Positions 42,989-51,528 of a DNA stretch of 61,532 nt are shown piece by piece. The DNA is from a virus: IMG/VR virus record IMGVR_UViG_3300050498_000085; one strand, given 5' to 3'. The position numbers and the translations under genes were made by a program. Below the pieces are notes generated by a model, which worked only from the letters and a program-made list of their open reading frames with translations, was not told the origin of the DNA and did not search any database. The stretch's first letter is position 1. Each line of letters opens with the position of its first letter.

Positions 42989-43636
42989 GTGGCAAGAGTC
43001 GCTGGGTGGGAGATCGAAGACACACCCTACATCACCGCCATCTGGTTGGACCCGGGAGGGACGACCGGGTGGTGCGTCATGTCCGTACTCCCGGAGGCTC
43101 TGTCTGATCCGGATATGCGCATTCTGGACAACATATATCACTGGACGTCGGGCCAGATCGTTGGCCCGGAACCGGATCAGGCGGACGAGATCGCTGAGTT
43201 GATCACGGCTTGGCCCGGCGCTCTAGTCGGCATCGAGAGCTTCGAGTTACGGCAGTTCCGGAAGGACCGGGATCTGCTCTCTCCGGTCCGGATCGGCGCC
43301 ATGGTGGAGTGGGCTGCGCTACGTGGCGGGGGAGCCGGTGTCCGGGCGGACGCTCCCCCGGCCGTGGTCGAATGGCAATCGCCGTCGCTCGCCAAGAAGA
43401 CCGCATCTGACGACTCCCTCAAGGAGTGGGGCCTGTACCGGCGGGAGGGTGGTGAGGAGCACGCCCGAGACGCTACCAGGCACGCCATCACTTTCTACCG
43501 GCGTTGTAAGTCCGGGGCGCAGGGCTCCAAGGCCGGCGAGACCCGAGCGCGGCACCTACGGGCGCGAGCATGGCCGTACCGCTTTGCGGAGGACGAGGGG
43601 CCGGACGGCTCGGCTACGGGTGCGGGCATTGGCTAG
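42989..43636 (+). CDS. RuvC-like Holliday-junction resolvase
   Basis: AIWLDPGGTTGW (Asp), VGIESFE (Glu), EEHARDATRHAI; GTG 42989 five nt after GAGGGAG (ORF track offers 42968). Confidence 0.8.
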   Translation: MARVAGWEIEDTPYITAIWLDPGGTTGWCVMSVLPEALSDPDMRILDNIYHWTSGQIVGPEPDQADEIAELITAWPGALVGIESFELRQFRKDRDLLSPVRIGAMVEWAALRGGGAGVRADAPPAVVEWQSPSLAKKTASDDSLKEWGLYRREGGEEHARDATRHAITFYRRCKSGAQGSKAGETRARHLRARAWPYRFAEDEGPDGSATGAGIG

Positions 43637-43748
43637 CGGTGGAACGGGAGGGCATAGCGTGGGCGTCTCGCTCGTTCGGGCGGTCCGGCGGACGGGAGAT
43701 GCCCGCCGGACCTTCCCCGGCGCGCCCCCGGTGCAAAGGGCGCCTGGA

Positions 43749-43774
43749 ACGACAAGGGGTCGCAGCCTTGTCGT
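43749..43774 (+). terminator. hairpin ACGACAAGG-ggtcgcag-CCTTGTCGT
   Basis: 9-bp perfect stem, 113 nt after the RuvC-like stop. Confidence 0.45.
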
Positions 43775-43852
43775 CCGCGCGTAAGCGTACGCGCTCGCGC
43801 GTCCGTCCCAACCGGCGCGAGGCACAGAGGGCTTGGGTCGTTCGGATTGGTG

Positions 43853-43870
43853 ATCACTCCTACGCGCGTA
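43853..43870 (+). promoter_or_regulatory. operator half-site ATCACTCCTACGCGCGTA (left arm)
   Basis: 21 nt (43851..43871) identical to 25433..25453. Confidence 0.8.
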
Positions 43871-43905
43871 GCTCGCGCGATACGACGCGAGGCGGACATG
43901 TTCCT

Positions 43906-43923
43906 TACGCGCGTAGGAGTGAT
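43906..43923 (-). promoter_or_regulatory. operator half-site TACGCGCGTAGGAGTGAT (right arm, reverse complement of 43853..43870)
   Basis: 20 nt (43906..43925) identical to 25443..25462; arms separated by 35 nt. Confidence 0.8.
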
Positions 43924-43926
43924 TGT

Positions 43927-43941
43927 GATTTTTTGAAAATC
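43927..43941. promoter_or_regulatory. AT-rich inverted repeat GATTTT-ttg-AAAATC
   Basis: Most AT-rich stretch I saw in the genome, directly after the right operator arm. Confidence 0.5.
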
Positions 43942-43998
43942 CATGTTAGTCGTGCCGCGCGGGTTGGGGCCAGCGAGCGCGTACGCTCCCGGGTCGGT

Positions 43999-44013
43999 CG
44001 CGCGTAGGAGTGA
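43999..44013 (-). promoter_or_regulatory. third operator half-site CGCGCGTAGGAGTGA, overlapping the RBS of 44027
   Basis: 15-nt match to the right arm; 13 nt upstream of ATG 44027. Confidence 0.7.
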
Positions 44014-44026
44014 GGGGCGGGTCGTC

Positions 44027-44383
44027 ATGCAGATCAGCGAGGCGCAAGCCAAGTCGGCCGAGATCGGTCTAGAGCCGGGATCATTCATCCGGGTTGATAT
44101 CTCGGCTGAAGTGGAGAAGGTTGGCCGGAGTGGAGCGATGCGACTCCGGGATACTGGGTTCAAGTCGGAGAGTATGGTCAGCTCGCGTCATGTCGCGGAT
44201 GGTGACTTGAAGATCCGAAAGGACCGAGACGAGTTCACCGGGACTCTTCACGGCTACTTTGAGGAGTGGCTGGGTGGGTCTACCGGGGTGGCACTTCGGA
44301 TCTCTGGGAATGGCGTGGTCTCCCGGATATCTGTGCATCACATCACCGACTTCCGTATGTTGAGTCCTACCCTCGGCGCATGA
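44027..44383 (+). CDS. hypothetical protein, 118 aa (first gene of the late operon)
   Basis: ATG 44027 in ORF-track 43943..44383; the upstream part is operator DNA. Confidence 0.7.
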   Translation: MQISEAQAKSAEIGLEPGSFIRVDISAEVEKVGRSGAMRLRDTGFKSESMVSSRHVADGDLKIRKDRDEFTGTLHGYFEEWLGGSTGVALRISGNGVVSRISVHHITDFRMLSPTLGA

Positions 44384-44631
44384 CGACTTTCGGACCGTTC
44401 GATGAGCCGGTGGATCTGGTCAACTCGGAGTACGGCGGGGGACGCGGCCTGGTTCAGCTCGGCCCGGAAGGGCGCGAGCTGTACGGAGGCGAAAAGCTCG
44501 GCATCATTACCCGAGCTGCGAAGCGGATCGAGCGCGACCCGGGAGCGCTAGGCGTCGAGGACGCTGTGGACCCGGTGACGGGGATCTCGGTGACCGAGGC
44601 GCAGGCCGAGGGAGTTGTGGAGCCTAGGTAG
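44380..44631 (+). CDS. hypothetical protein, 83 aa
   Basis: ATGA overlap. Confidence 0.6.
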   Translation: MTTFGPFDEPVDLVNSEYGGGRGLVQLGPEGRELYGGEKLGIITRAAKRIERDPGALGVEDAVDPVTGISVTEAQAEGVVEPR

Positions 44632-44685
44632 GCTCGCATCCCATATTGCGGGGCCTAGAATGAAGAGAGGGGCGGTGACCTCCCA

Positions 44686-45258
44686 TTGACCAGGGACAAA
44701 GATCAGGAGGGCAGGCCATCAGCCGCTGAGAAGTCGCGTGATGGGCTCCCGGACAACGTCACGACGCTCACACCGCGAGAGCGGTCGAGCGCAGTCGGCC
44801 GGGCCAATTTCGCCAAGGGCACCGAGGCCGCAAAGGAGCGCGGACGTGTGCCGCGTGATCCCGACTACGTGAGCCGTCGTCAGCAGTTCGTGGATGGCAC
44901 GTTGAAGGTCGAGGATCTGGAAGACGAGGAGTTGGAGAAACTCCAGTTCAAGGATCGTCACGGAAACTTCACAGGGCGCCCTCCTGCCCTCACGACCGCG
45001 CAGCAGCGCCAGCTCCATGTCGAGTGGCGAAAGCGCATTGCCCGACGTTTCGAGGCCGAGGCCGCTGCGGCGATGGAGGTCATGAAGTCCATCATGAACT
45101 CCAGGGGCGCCAAGGATACGGACCGCCTACGTGCGGCCGAGATGATGCTGGCGCGTGCTATTGGTCGAGAGCAGCAGACGGTCGTGAATGTGAATGCGAC
45201 CTGGGAGGACTTCGAAGAGGGCACGATTGTGGAGATCAACCGGGAGGATGTCGGATGA
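44686..45258 (+). CDS. terminase small subunit-like protein (putative), 190 aa
   Basis: TTG start from ORF track; ..DTDRLRAAEMMLARAIGRE.. resembles small-terminase C-terminal pattern (recall); position upstream of the packaging genes. Confidence 0.5.
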   Translation: MTRDKDQEGRPSAAEKSRDGLPDNVTTLTPRERSSAVGRANFAKGTEAAKERGRVPRDPDYVSRRQQFVDGTLKVEDLEDEELEKLQFKDRHGNFTGRPPALTTAQQRQLHVEWRKRIARRFEAEAAAAMEVMKSIMNSRGAKDTDRLRAAEMMLARAIGREQQTVVNVNATWEDFEEGTIVEINREDVG

Positions 45259-45446
45259 GTACCCCGGGTCGGCGCCGGGTGTTGCGGGCGCTGGCTGCTC
45301 GGAAGCGAGCGAATGCCGCGCGGGTAGCACGTGGGCAGAAGCCCATCCTTCAAGGGAAGCAAGTAGCTCTGTCGACCTTCAACTGGAAGACCGGAGCCGG
45401 ACTCACCAAGAAGAAGGCAAGGCAACGAGTCAAGAAGCGCGGATGA
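45255..45446 (+). CDS. small very basic protein, 63 aa
   Basis: ATGA overlap. Confidence 0.55.
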   Translation: MSTPGRRRVLRALAARKRANAARVARGQKPILQGKQVALSTFNWKTGAGLTKKKARQRVKKRG

Positions 45447-45640
45447 TCGCCGAGCGGGATGGAATTTGCGCTCGCAGGGATCTCCACTGGGACGCGCCAG
45501 AATCCGCGCGGTTCGAAGAGGGAGACTCAATCGCCTGGTCCTTCGTCGGCGCCGGATGGGCTCACATCCAATGTGTCCGGGATGAGGAAGAGCCAGAGGA
45601 ATTCGCCGGTACGCCGCGCTGGAAGTCGCAGGCGTCCTAA
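45443..45640 (+). CDS. hypothetical protein, 65 aa
   Basis: ATGA overlap. Confidence 0.55.
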   Translation: MIAERDGICARRDLHWDAPESARFEEGDSIAWSFVGAGWAHIQCVRDEEEPEEFAGTPRWKSQAS

Positions 45641-45650
45641 GTAGACGGAG
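45634..45650 (+). repeat. dispersed motif copy GTCCTAAGTAGACGGAG (TAA = upstream stop)
   Basis: Ends 5 nt before ATG 45656. Confidence 0.8.
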
Positions 45651-45655
45651 GGGTA

Positions 45656-45955
45656 ATGATCAAGAGCAAGAGAGTTCTGAAGCTCCATTCCCAGTACGCG
45701 GGCGTGGTGCTCTTCACGAATGGTGAGGAGGGGATGGCGGAGGAGCATATCAGCCAGGTCCGTCTACCCGAGCAGGACTGGATGGATATGCTGTGCCCTC
45801 GTGAACTCACTGTCACGATCGAGCCGGGCGACAAGCTCAATGTCCCGGGTGTGGAGGGAGCGGATGAGATCGCGCGCTCGGTCACGACTCCGGCCAAGGA
45901 GCGTGCGGGCGGCCCCTCGGACCCGTACGGAGTTCGTCCGAATAGGACGGACTGA
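45656..45955 (+). CDS. hypothetical protein, 99 aa
   Basis: ORF track; motif/RBS directly upstream. Confidence 0.7.
   Translation: MIKSKRVLKLHSQYAGVVLFTNGEEGMAEEHISQVRLPEQDWMDMLCPRELTVTIEPGDKLNVPGVEGADEIARSVTTPAKERAGGPSDPYGVRPNRTD
45936..45952 (+). repeat. dispersed motif copy GTCCGAATAGGACGGAC (perfect arms)
   Basis: Ends 2 nt before ATG 45955. Confidence 0.85.
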
Positions 45956-46512
45956 TGCCCGACAGCGATGTCATTGGGGCCGAGGACGGCGAGAGCGTCA
46001 GTGACGCCGGTCATGGCCCGGCTGTCCCTGCTCCCTCGGTCGAGCCGGAGGACAGCTGGCTGGGCGCGGATGAAGTCATCCGCATCCTGAAGTTCTGCGG
46101 GCAAGTAGGTCGGCTACTCGGTCTGCCCGACTTCCGGTATGTCTTCGCGGCTGATCCGTCCGAAGAGGACTGTCATGCGTCCGTGACGGTTGCCTCGAAA
46201 CGGTACGTTGCCGTGGTCGCCGTGAACAAGGAGTGGGGCGGCTACACGGTACGGGCGAAGGCCGAGAGCCTGGCGCATGAGGTACTCCATTGCTTCATGG
46301 CTCGGCTCGATGAGATCTGGGATCAGGCCTGCTTCAACGACTTCATCCCCTCGCCGACCGCCCAGATGCTCCAGCGGGTCTGGGTCCGCGAGATGGAGCT
46401 GGTCGTGGATCTCCTGACCATGTTCGTCTACAACACCAAGGATCTGGAGAAACTCTGGGACGACTGCGGACCGTCCGAAGAGGACGAAGTGACACCCATA
46501 GGACCGTCCTGA
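45955..46512 (+). CDS. HExxH zinc-metalloprotease-motif protein, 185 aa
   Basis: ..AESLAHEVLHCFMARL..; TGATG overlap. Confidence 0.7.
   Translation: MPDSDVIGAEDGESVSDAGHGPAVPAPSVEPEDSWLGADEVIRILKFCGQVGRLLGLPDFRYVFAADPSEEDCHASVTVASKRYVAVVAVNKEWGGYTVRAKAESLAHEVLHCFMARLDEIWDQACFNDFIPSPTAQMLQRVWVREMELVVDLLTMFVYNTKDLEKLWDDCGPSEEDEVTPIGPS
46158..46174 (+). repeat. dispersed motif copy GTCCGAAGAGGACTGTC, intragenic (PSEED)
   Basis: Read directly. Confidence 0.85.
46473..46489 (+). repeat. dispersed motif copy GTCCGAAGAGGACGAAG, intragenic (PSEED)
   Basis: Read directly. Confidence 0.85.
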
Positions 46513-46522
46513 GAGGACCGTT
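46506..46522 (+). repeat. dispersed motif copy GTCCTGAGAGGACCGTT (TGA = stop of 45955..46512)
   Basis: Ends 1 nt before ATG 46523. Confidence 0.75.
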
Positions 46523-46744
46523 ATGGCATTCCAGGAAGTCGGCAAGCTGTTCCATTCCCAGGATGGGCTCTACTTCGGACGCACGGAGGACGGTTCGGTG
46601 TACGTCCGATGGAATAGCAATGAGACCACACTACCCGAGGCAAGCTGGGCGAGCGTTGTAGCCTCGGTATCGGCGCGCGGCGACAACTCGAAGACGTGGG
46701 CCGAGGCTTGCGACTTCCACAATGGTTTCGAGGATCATTCATGA
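46523..46744 (+). CDS. hypothetical protein, 73 aa
   Basis: ORF track. Confidence 0.65.
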   Translation: MAFQEVGKLFHSQDGLYFGRTEDGSVYVRWNSNETTLPEASWASVVASVSARGDNSKTWAEACDFHNGFEDHS

Positions 46745-46851
46745 GGTTCCCGCCCGATGGCATAGGCAAGGTCGACATCCTAGTGGTCCTGATAGGACTG
46801 TTGGCCTTGATCGCGATTATGGCCGTGCTCTTCACTCGGATTCCCGGATGA
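46741..46851 (+). CDS. very small membrane protein, 36 aa (below ORF-track cutoff)
   Basis: ATGA overlaps at both ends; VDILVVLIGLLALIAIMAVLF; translated by hand. Confidence 0.4.
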   Translation: MRFPPDGIGKVDILVVLIGLLALIAIMAVLFTRIPG

Positions 46852-47153
46852 CCGGGGCGCGGCTCGAAGCTCGGCTGACGGTATCGGGCAATCACTGCAC
46901 CGTTCACGGATACCACTGGCCTGAGCCGCTTCGGACCGTCAAACACCACATTCTTCCGGAGAGCGAGGGAGGGAAGGCGACCCCGGACAACCTTGTCCTG
47001 GTGTGCGATACCGGGCACTACAGTATTCACCACATCCTCGACATAGCGTTGGCGACCGGGAAGCTCCCCGCGCTCGGCACCCGCAAGGAGCGCGAGATCG
47101 CATCCGAGGGTTACCGGCGGATCAAGGCCAAGGCCAACAAAGCTCCGAAGTAG
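46848..47153 (+). CDS. HNH endonuclease, 101 aa (terminase-associated)
   Basis: ..VKHHILPESEGGKATPDNLVLVCDTGHYSIHH..; directly upstream of the large terminase. Confidence 0.85.
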   Translation: MTGARLEARLTVSGNHCTVHGYHWPEPLRTVKHHILPESEGGKATPDNLVLVCDTGHYSIHHILDIALATGKLPALGTRKEREIASEGYRRIKAKANKAPK

Positions 47154-47159
47154 ACGGAC
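47143..47159 (+). repeat. dispersed motif copy CTCCGAAGTAGACGGAC (TAG = HNH stop)
   Basis: TAG 47151..47153. Confidence 0.85.
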
Positions 47160-47309
47160 GTGACCGAGCTGCCACTTTGGTTCTGGGCCATCCCCGGTAC
47201 CGTCTTCCTCTTGACGGCAGCGCTGCCGCTCATATCGCGAGCGCTGTACGGGAGGAGGGTGTGGGGCGATGCCGAAGATTCTGGCGGTCAGTCCGAAGAG
47301 GACGTTTGA
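47160..47309 (+). CDS. possible small membrane protein, 49 aa, overlapping the terminase start by 41 nt
   Basis: GTG directly after a motif copy; VTELPLWFWAIPGTVFLLTAALPLISRALYGRRVWGDAEDSGGQSEEDV; translated by hand; weak. Confidence 0.3.
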   Translation: MTELPLWFWAIPGTVFLLTAALPLISRALYGRRVWGDAEDSGGQSEEDV

Positions 47310-48657
47310 GGCCGTTGGATACTACCCACACCCGGGCCAGGCCACGATCCACCGCTCAAAGGCGCGTCATCGGGTCGCCTCCTGCGGTCGCCGGTACGGC
47401 AAGACGAACGTGGGCGGGGCCGAACTTCTGCTGGAGCAACGCCGCACCCGGCTTCTCCTGCCACAGCTCTACCACACCGGAAAGCGCCGGGAGTTCTGGA
47501 TCGTGGGGCCGGAGTACACGGATGCTGAGAAGGAGTTCCGTTGGCTCTATGACCGGTTGAGCGCTCTGGGCGCTCCATTCGACCGACCCGGCACGTACTA
47601 CTCGGCCCATGACGCGGACTTGGTACTCTCCATGTACGGCGGGAAGTTCCTGGTTCAAGGCAAGTCCGCAAAGCATCCGGAGCGCCTTGTGGGTGAGGGT
47701 CTGGCCGGCGTGATCATGGCCGAGGCCGCGAAGCAGCGCGAGACAACGTGGACCAAGTACATCCGGCCGACACTTGCCGATGACCTAGGTTGGAGCCTCC
47801 ATACTTCTACCCCAGAGGGCCGCAATTGGTTCTATGACTTGTGGGTTCGTGGTCAGTCCGACCGATTCGCGGAATGGGAGAGCTGGCGCCGACCGGCCTG
47901 GCTCAACTCGTATGTGTACCCGCTCGGTATCCGGGACCCAGAGGTCAAGTCACTCCGAGAGGATCTGACCGTGGAGAGCTTCAACCAAGAGATCGCGGCT
48001 ATGTTCACGGAGTTTGCCGGCCGTGTGTTCAATGAATGGGATGACGAAGTACACCTGAAGGATCTCAGCTACAACCCGGCCTGGCCGGTCTATGGTGCTT
48101 GCGACTACGGCTTCACCAATCCGTTCGTCTGGCTCGTGATCCAAGTCTCCCCGGTCGACGGTACGGTGTATGTCATCGATGAGTTCTATCAGGACGGGCT
48201 CACGATCGATGAGATAGCCGCCGCGTTGTATTCCCGGCCCGGATTGGTGCCTACGGCCATGCGGGAGTTCTTTCCGGACCCGGCGTCCCCCGGAGACTCC
48301 CGGGTGCTGGAGCAGCGCCTACGGCTGCGCTCGCGGGGCGGTACCGGTGGGGAGTTGAATGACCGGCTGCGTTTGATTCGCGCCGCGCTTAAGGTCCGCA
48401 ACCGGCGTTTGCCCAACGGCGACTCGGAGCGGCGGCCGAAGCTGTTTGTGGATCGTACCAAATGTCCCAATCTCGTCCGTGAAATGAACATGTACCGGTA
48501 CCCCAAGAAGAAGGGCGAGGTTGACAAGAATTCACCCGAGCTACCCATGAAGAAGGATGACCACGCGCCGGAGGCACTTGGCCGTGCATTCATCGGTTTG
48601 TTTGGCCGGGGCGGTGCTGGTCGCGCGTCGGTCGAGGATGCCGACCTAGCGGCCTAG
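47269..48657 (+). CDS. terminase large subunit, 462 aa
   Basis: Walker A ..ASCGRRYGKTNVG..; RBS GGGAGGAGGG; followed by portal. Confidence 0.9.
   Translation: MPKILAVSPKRTFEAVGYYPHPGQATIHRSKARHRVASCGRRYGKTNVGGAELLLEQRRTRLLLPQLYHTGKRREFWIVGPEYTDAEKEFRWLYDRLSALGAPFDRPGTYYSAHDADLVLSMYGGKFLVQGKSAKHPERLVGEGLAGVIMAEAAKQRETTWTKYIRPTLADDLGWSLHTSTPEGRNWFYDLWVRGQSDRFAEWESWRRPAWLNSYVYPLGIRDPEVKSLREDLTVESFNQEIAAMFTEFAGRVFNEWDDEVHLKDLSYNPAWPVYGACDYGFTNPFVWLVIQVSPVDGTVYVIDEFYQDGLTIDEIAAALYSRPGLVPTAMREFFPDPASPGDSRVLEQRLRLRSRGGTGGELNDRLRLIRAALKVRNRRLPNGDSERRPKLFVDRTKCPNLVREMNMYRYPKKKGEVDKNSPELPMKKDDHAPEALGRAFIGLFGRGGAGRASVEDADLAA
47291..47307 (+). repeat. dispersed motif copy GTCCGAAGAGGACGTTT, inside the terminase N-terminus (reads SPKRT there)
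   Basis: Read directly. Confidence 0.85.
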
Positions 48658-48687
48658 ACTCCGCGCACCTAGACGTCGGAGGGGACG

Positions 48688-50160
48688 ATGACATCACCGG
48701 GCGCAGCCGCGTTCACGCCATACAGCACGGTGCGCTCGTTGCTCGGTACGCTGCCCGAATGGATGGCGCTGCTTGACGCGGAGCGGACTCGGAGCTACGC
48801 GCTCTATGAGCAGATGTACTGGAACGTCCCCGACACTTTCAAGCTTGTTCTTCGCGGTACTGATGCATCACCAATATATATTCCAACTGGTCGTCAGATT
48901 GTTGACACGGTTGACCGGTATGTGGGCGCCAACTTCGGCTGGACCATTGTCGGCGCCGAGGGAACTGAGGCCGAGTCGGCTCGTGCCGCATTCCAAGCCT
49001 TGTTCAACCGTGAGCGCTTCATGTCGTGGTACTCGGCCAACAAGCTCTTCGGGATCATGCGGGGAGACTGGGCCTGGCACGTGTTCGCGAACGCCGACAA
49101 GCCGGAGGGTGCGCGGATCTCCATCCGCGCCGTGGACCCGGGGTCCATGTTCAAGATCACCCATCCGGAGGACGTCGACCGGGTCATGGGCATCGACCTG
49201 ATCGAGAACTTCACGGATGGTGACGACGAATTCGTCAAGGTCCAGCGCTACAGCAAGGGCGCTAACCCGTACGACCCGGCTACCGAGGATGGCCTGATCT
49301 GGTCCGCCTCCTTGATCTACACGCTGGATGACTACGGCGATCCGAAGGCGACGAAGACCATCCGCCCGGCCTCGCCTCTCCCGGCGCAGATCACGGCTCT
49401 GCCGGTCTACCACATTCCTCACAATGAGCAGCCGGGGAATCCCTTTGGATCGAGCGAGTTGCGGGGCCTGGAACGAGTCATGGCCGCCGTGAACCAGGCA
49501 ATCTCGGATGAGGAGTTGGCTCTGGCGCTCGAAGGTCTGGGCGTCTACTCGACTGACGCGGGAGCGCCGATCGACCGCGCGACCGGCCGGACGACGACAT
49601 GGAAGCTCGGCCCGGGGTCGGTGGTCAACCGGCCGGCCGGCACGACCTTCGAACGGGTTAGCGGGATCTCCACAGTTCAGCCCTACATCAATCACTTGGA
49701 CTGGTTGATCAAGGCGCTCCGCGAGACGTCCGGGGCGAGCGACTCGGCCATGGGCAAGGTGGACGTTTCTGTTGCAGAGTCGGGCATTTCGCTCGTCATG
49801 CAGCTATCCCCCATTCTCGCGAAGGCGGCCAAGTACGACACGACCATCGGCGACATCCACCGTCAGATGTTCTTTGACCTCAAGGGATTCCTGGAGGCTT
49901 ACGAAGGGATCGGGACCGGCCTGGCGCTGGTGGAGCCGATATTCGGGGCGAAGCTTCCCACGAACAGGCCCCAGGAGATCACGAACATCCTGGCGATTGT
50001 TGAGGCGACCGGGATGATGGAGTGGGGGATTCGCGAGCTGGCGAAGCTCGGATACGAGTTCACTCCAGAGGACATTGCCGCCGCGCTCGCGGACCGGCAA
50101 GCGCGCAATACCGATCCGTTTGCGGCTCGTGCTGCTGCGGAAACAGGAGGGGAAGAGTAG
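48688..50160 (+). CDS. portal protein, 490 aa
   Basis: Size and position after the large terminase; RBS GGAGGGG. Confidence 0.85.
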   Translation: MTSPGAAAFTPYSTVRSLLGTLPEWMALLDAERTRSYALYEQMYWNVPDTFKLVLRGTDASPIYIPTGRQIVDTVDRYVGANFGWTIVGAEGTEAESARAAFQALFNRERFMSWYSANKLFGIMRGDWAWHVFANADKPEGARISIRAVDPGSMFKITHPEDVDRVMGIDLIENFTDGDDEFVKVQRYSKGANPYDPATEDGLIWSASLIYTLDDYGDPKATKTIRPASPLPAQITALPVYHIPHNEQPGNPFGSSELRGLERVMAAVNQAISDEELALALEGLGVYSTDAGAPIDRATGRTTTWKLGPGSVVNRPAGTTFERVSGISTVQPYINHLDWLIKALRETSGASDSAMGKVDVSVAESGISLVMQLSPILAKAAKYDTTIGDIHRQMFFDLKGFLEAYEGIGTGLALVEPIFGAKLPTNRPQEITNILAIVEATGMMEWGIRELAKLGYEFTPEDIAAALADRQARNTDPFAARAAAETGGEE

Positions 50161-50394
50161 ATGGCCACCGTCACAGTCACATTCCAGCGAGAGGACGGAG
50201 TGCGCAACTTCGATCTCTCTCAGTACGGGACGATCACCAGCCGGTCGGCCCCGGCTCCGCGAGCCGCTCATCCGGACCAGGCGCGCGACCCGCTCAGCCG
50301 CCAGACCGTCATCGTGGTCAACACCGGGGCGATCACTCTGGCGGAGGTCCAGCGAGCGCTCCTGGCGGCCGGAATCAAGGCGTCGGCGGTTTGA
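50161..50394 (+). CDS. hypothetical protein, 77 aa
   Basis: ATG directly after portal stop. Confidence 0.55.
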   Translation: MATVTVTFQREDGVRNFDLSQYGTITSRSAPAPRAAHPDQARDPLSRQTVIVVNTGAITLAEVQRALLAAGIKASAV

Positions 50395-50601
50395 GTGACC
50401 AACGCACAAGCGGCCATGATTGCTGCCACATCCGGTGTCAGTTGGGACACTAAGCAGGCGATTCGACGCGCCGAGGAATTCAAAGCCTGGCTGGACGCCC
50501 AGGATGCCAAGCCGTACTCGGAGACCCTGGAGGAGATCCTGCGCGCCAAGGCCAAGTCGGTCATCTCGGAGGAGTTGCATGGGATCAGTCGATCCTCGTG
50601 A
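50395..50601 (+). CDS. hypothetical protein, 68 aa
   Basis: GTG directly after upstream TGA. Confidence 0.55.
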   Translation: MTNAQAAMIAATSGVSWDTKQAIRRAEEFKAWLDAQDAKPYSETLEEILRAKAKSVISEELHGISRSS

Positions 50602-51433
50602 GCCGCTCCGGGCGGTCCTGGGGGTCCATCGCGTCTCGGATGCAGAGATCCGGCGTCTACTTAGGACGGCTGCGGCCGACCTGACAGACGTCATTCTCGC
50701 CAACCCTCTGGATACCGGGGTCGGGACGGCGCTCCGACAGGCCCAACTACGGATCCAAGCCGATGAGATCCTCCGGACACTTTGGCTCAACACCGGGCGG
50801 ACCGTGACGCGAGGCCGGCTGGCCGCCGTAGCTCGCGCGGCGCAGCTCGGAGAGTCCCAGATGCGCCAGCTCCTGGGCGATCTCCCACCCCGGGCGGTCC
50901 AGCAGCTGCTAGATGGCACACGTATGGCAGCTAGGATGGCCGTAGCTCGCGCAACGGCCCGTTTGGCAGGCGAGGGTGCCTATGACCTGTCCGTTCGCGT
51001 CTATCGCAACTACGCGCTCATGCGGGGGCGCGTCGATCGCATGGTCAACTCGGCTATCGCCCGCAACCTGGGGGCGCGAGAGCTGGCGCGGGAGGCTCGC
51101 GCCTACATCCTCCCGACTGCGCCGGGTGGAGCGAGCTACTCGGCGCTGCGACTCGCCCGGACCGAGATCAACAACAGCTTTCACGCCATGACGACCGGCT
51201 ACTATGCGGACAATCCGCTCGTGGACCAGATGCGGTGGCAACTATCGAGGTCTCATCCGCGCGCTGACACCTGCGATGACTTGGTTGGGGATTACTCGAA
51301 GCTTGAGGTGCCGTCCAAACCGCACCCACAGTGCTTCTGTTATGTCACACCAGCTCCGCTCAACGAGCGCGAGGTCTTGCGGCGTCTCGATCGCGGCGAG
51401 TTGGACAGTTGGCTGCAGCGTATGGGAGTCTAG
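50579..51433 (+). CDS. MuF-like / SPP1 gp7-like head morphogenesis protein, 284 aa
   Basis: ..RLARTEINNSFH.. and C-terminal ..KPHPQCFCYVTP.. motifs; ATG 50579 after GGAGGAG (the ORF-track N-terminus from 50420 is Arg/Ser/Pro junk). Confidence 0.75.
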   Translation: MGSVDPREPLRAVLGVHRVSDAEIRRLLRTAAADLTDVILANPLDTGVGTALRQAQLRIQADEILRTLWLNTGRTVTRGRLAAVARAAQLGESQMRQLLGDLPPRAVQQLLDGTRMAARMAVARATARLAGEGAYDLSVRVYRNYALMRGRVDRMVNSAIARNLGARELAREARAYILPTAPGGASYSALRLARTEINNSFHAMTTGYYADNPLVDQMRWQLSRSHPRADTCDDLVGDYSKLEVPSKPHPQCFCYVTPAPLNEREVLRRLDRGELDSWLQRMGV

Positions 51434-51440
51434 TTCGGAC
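51428..51440 (-). repeat. reverse-oriented dispersed-motif core GTCTAGTTCGGAC (TAG = MuF-like stop)
   Basis: 1 mismatch to the reverse complement of GTCCGAAGTAGAC. Confidence 0.6.
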
Positions 51441-51528
51441 TGTTGGCTCGTGCCCCGGTCCCCACCGGCACCGCAGCTAGGATCGGCCGCCATCGGCCCG
51501 ACCGCCACGACCAGGGAGAGACTGAAAC

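Noticed and set aside
43851-44013. Repeated half-sites as a possible CRISPR array
   Set aside because: There are only three copies, in mixed orientation and with unequal spacing, and the same sequence forms a palindrome at 25.4 kb. This behaves like operators, not repeat-spacer units.
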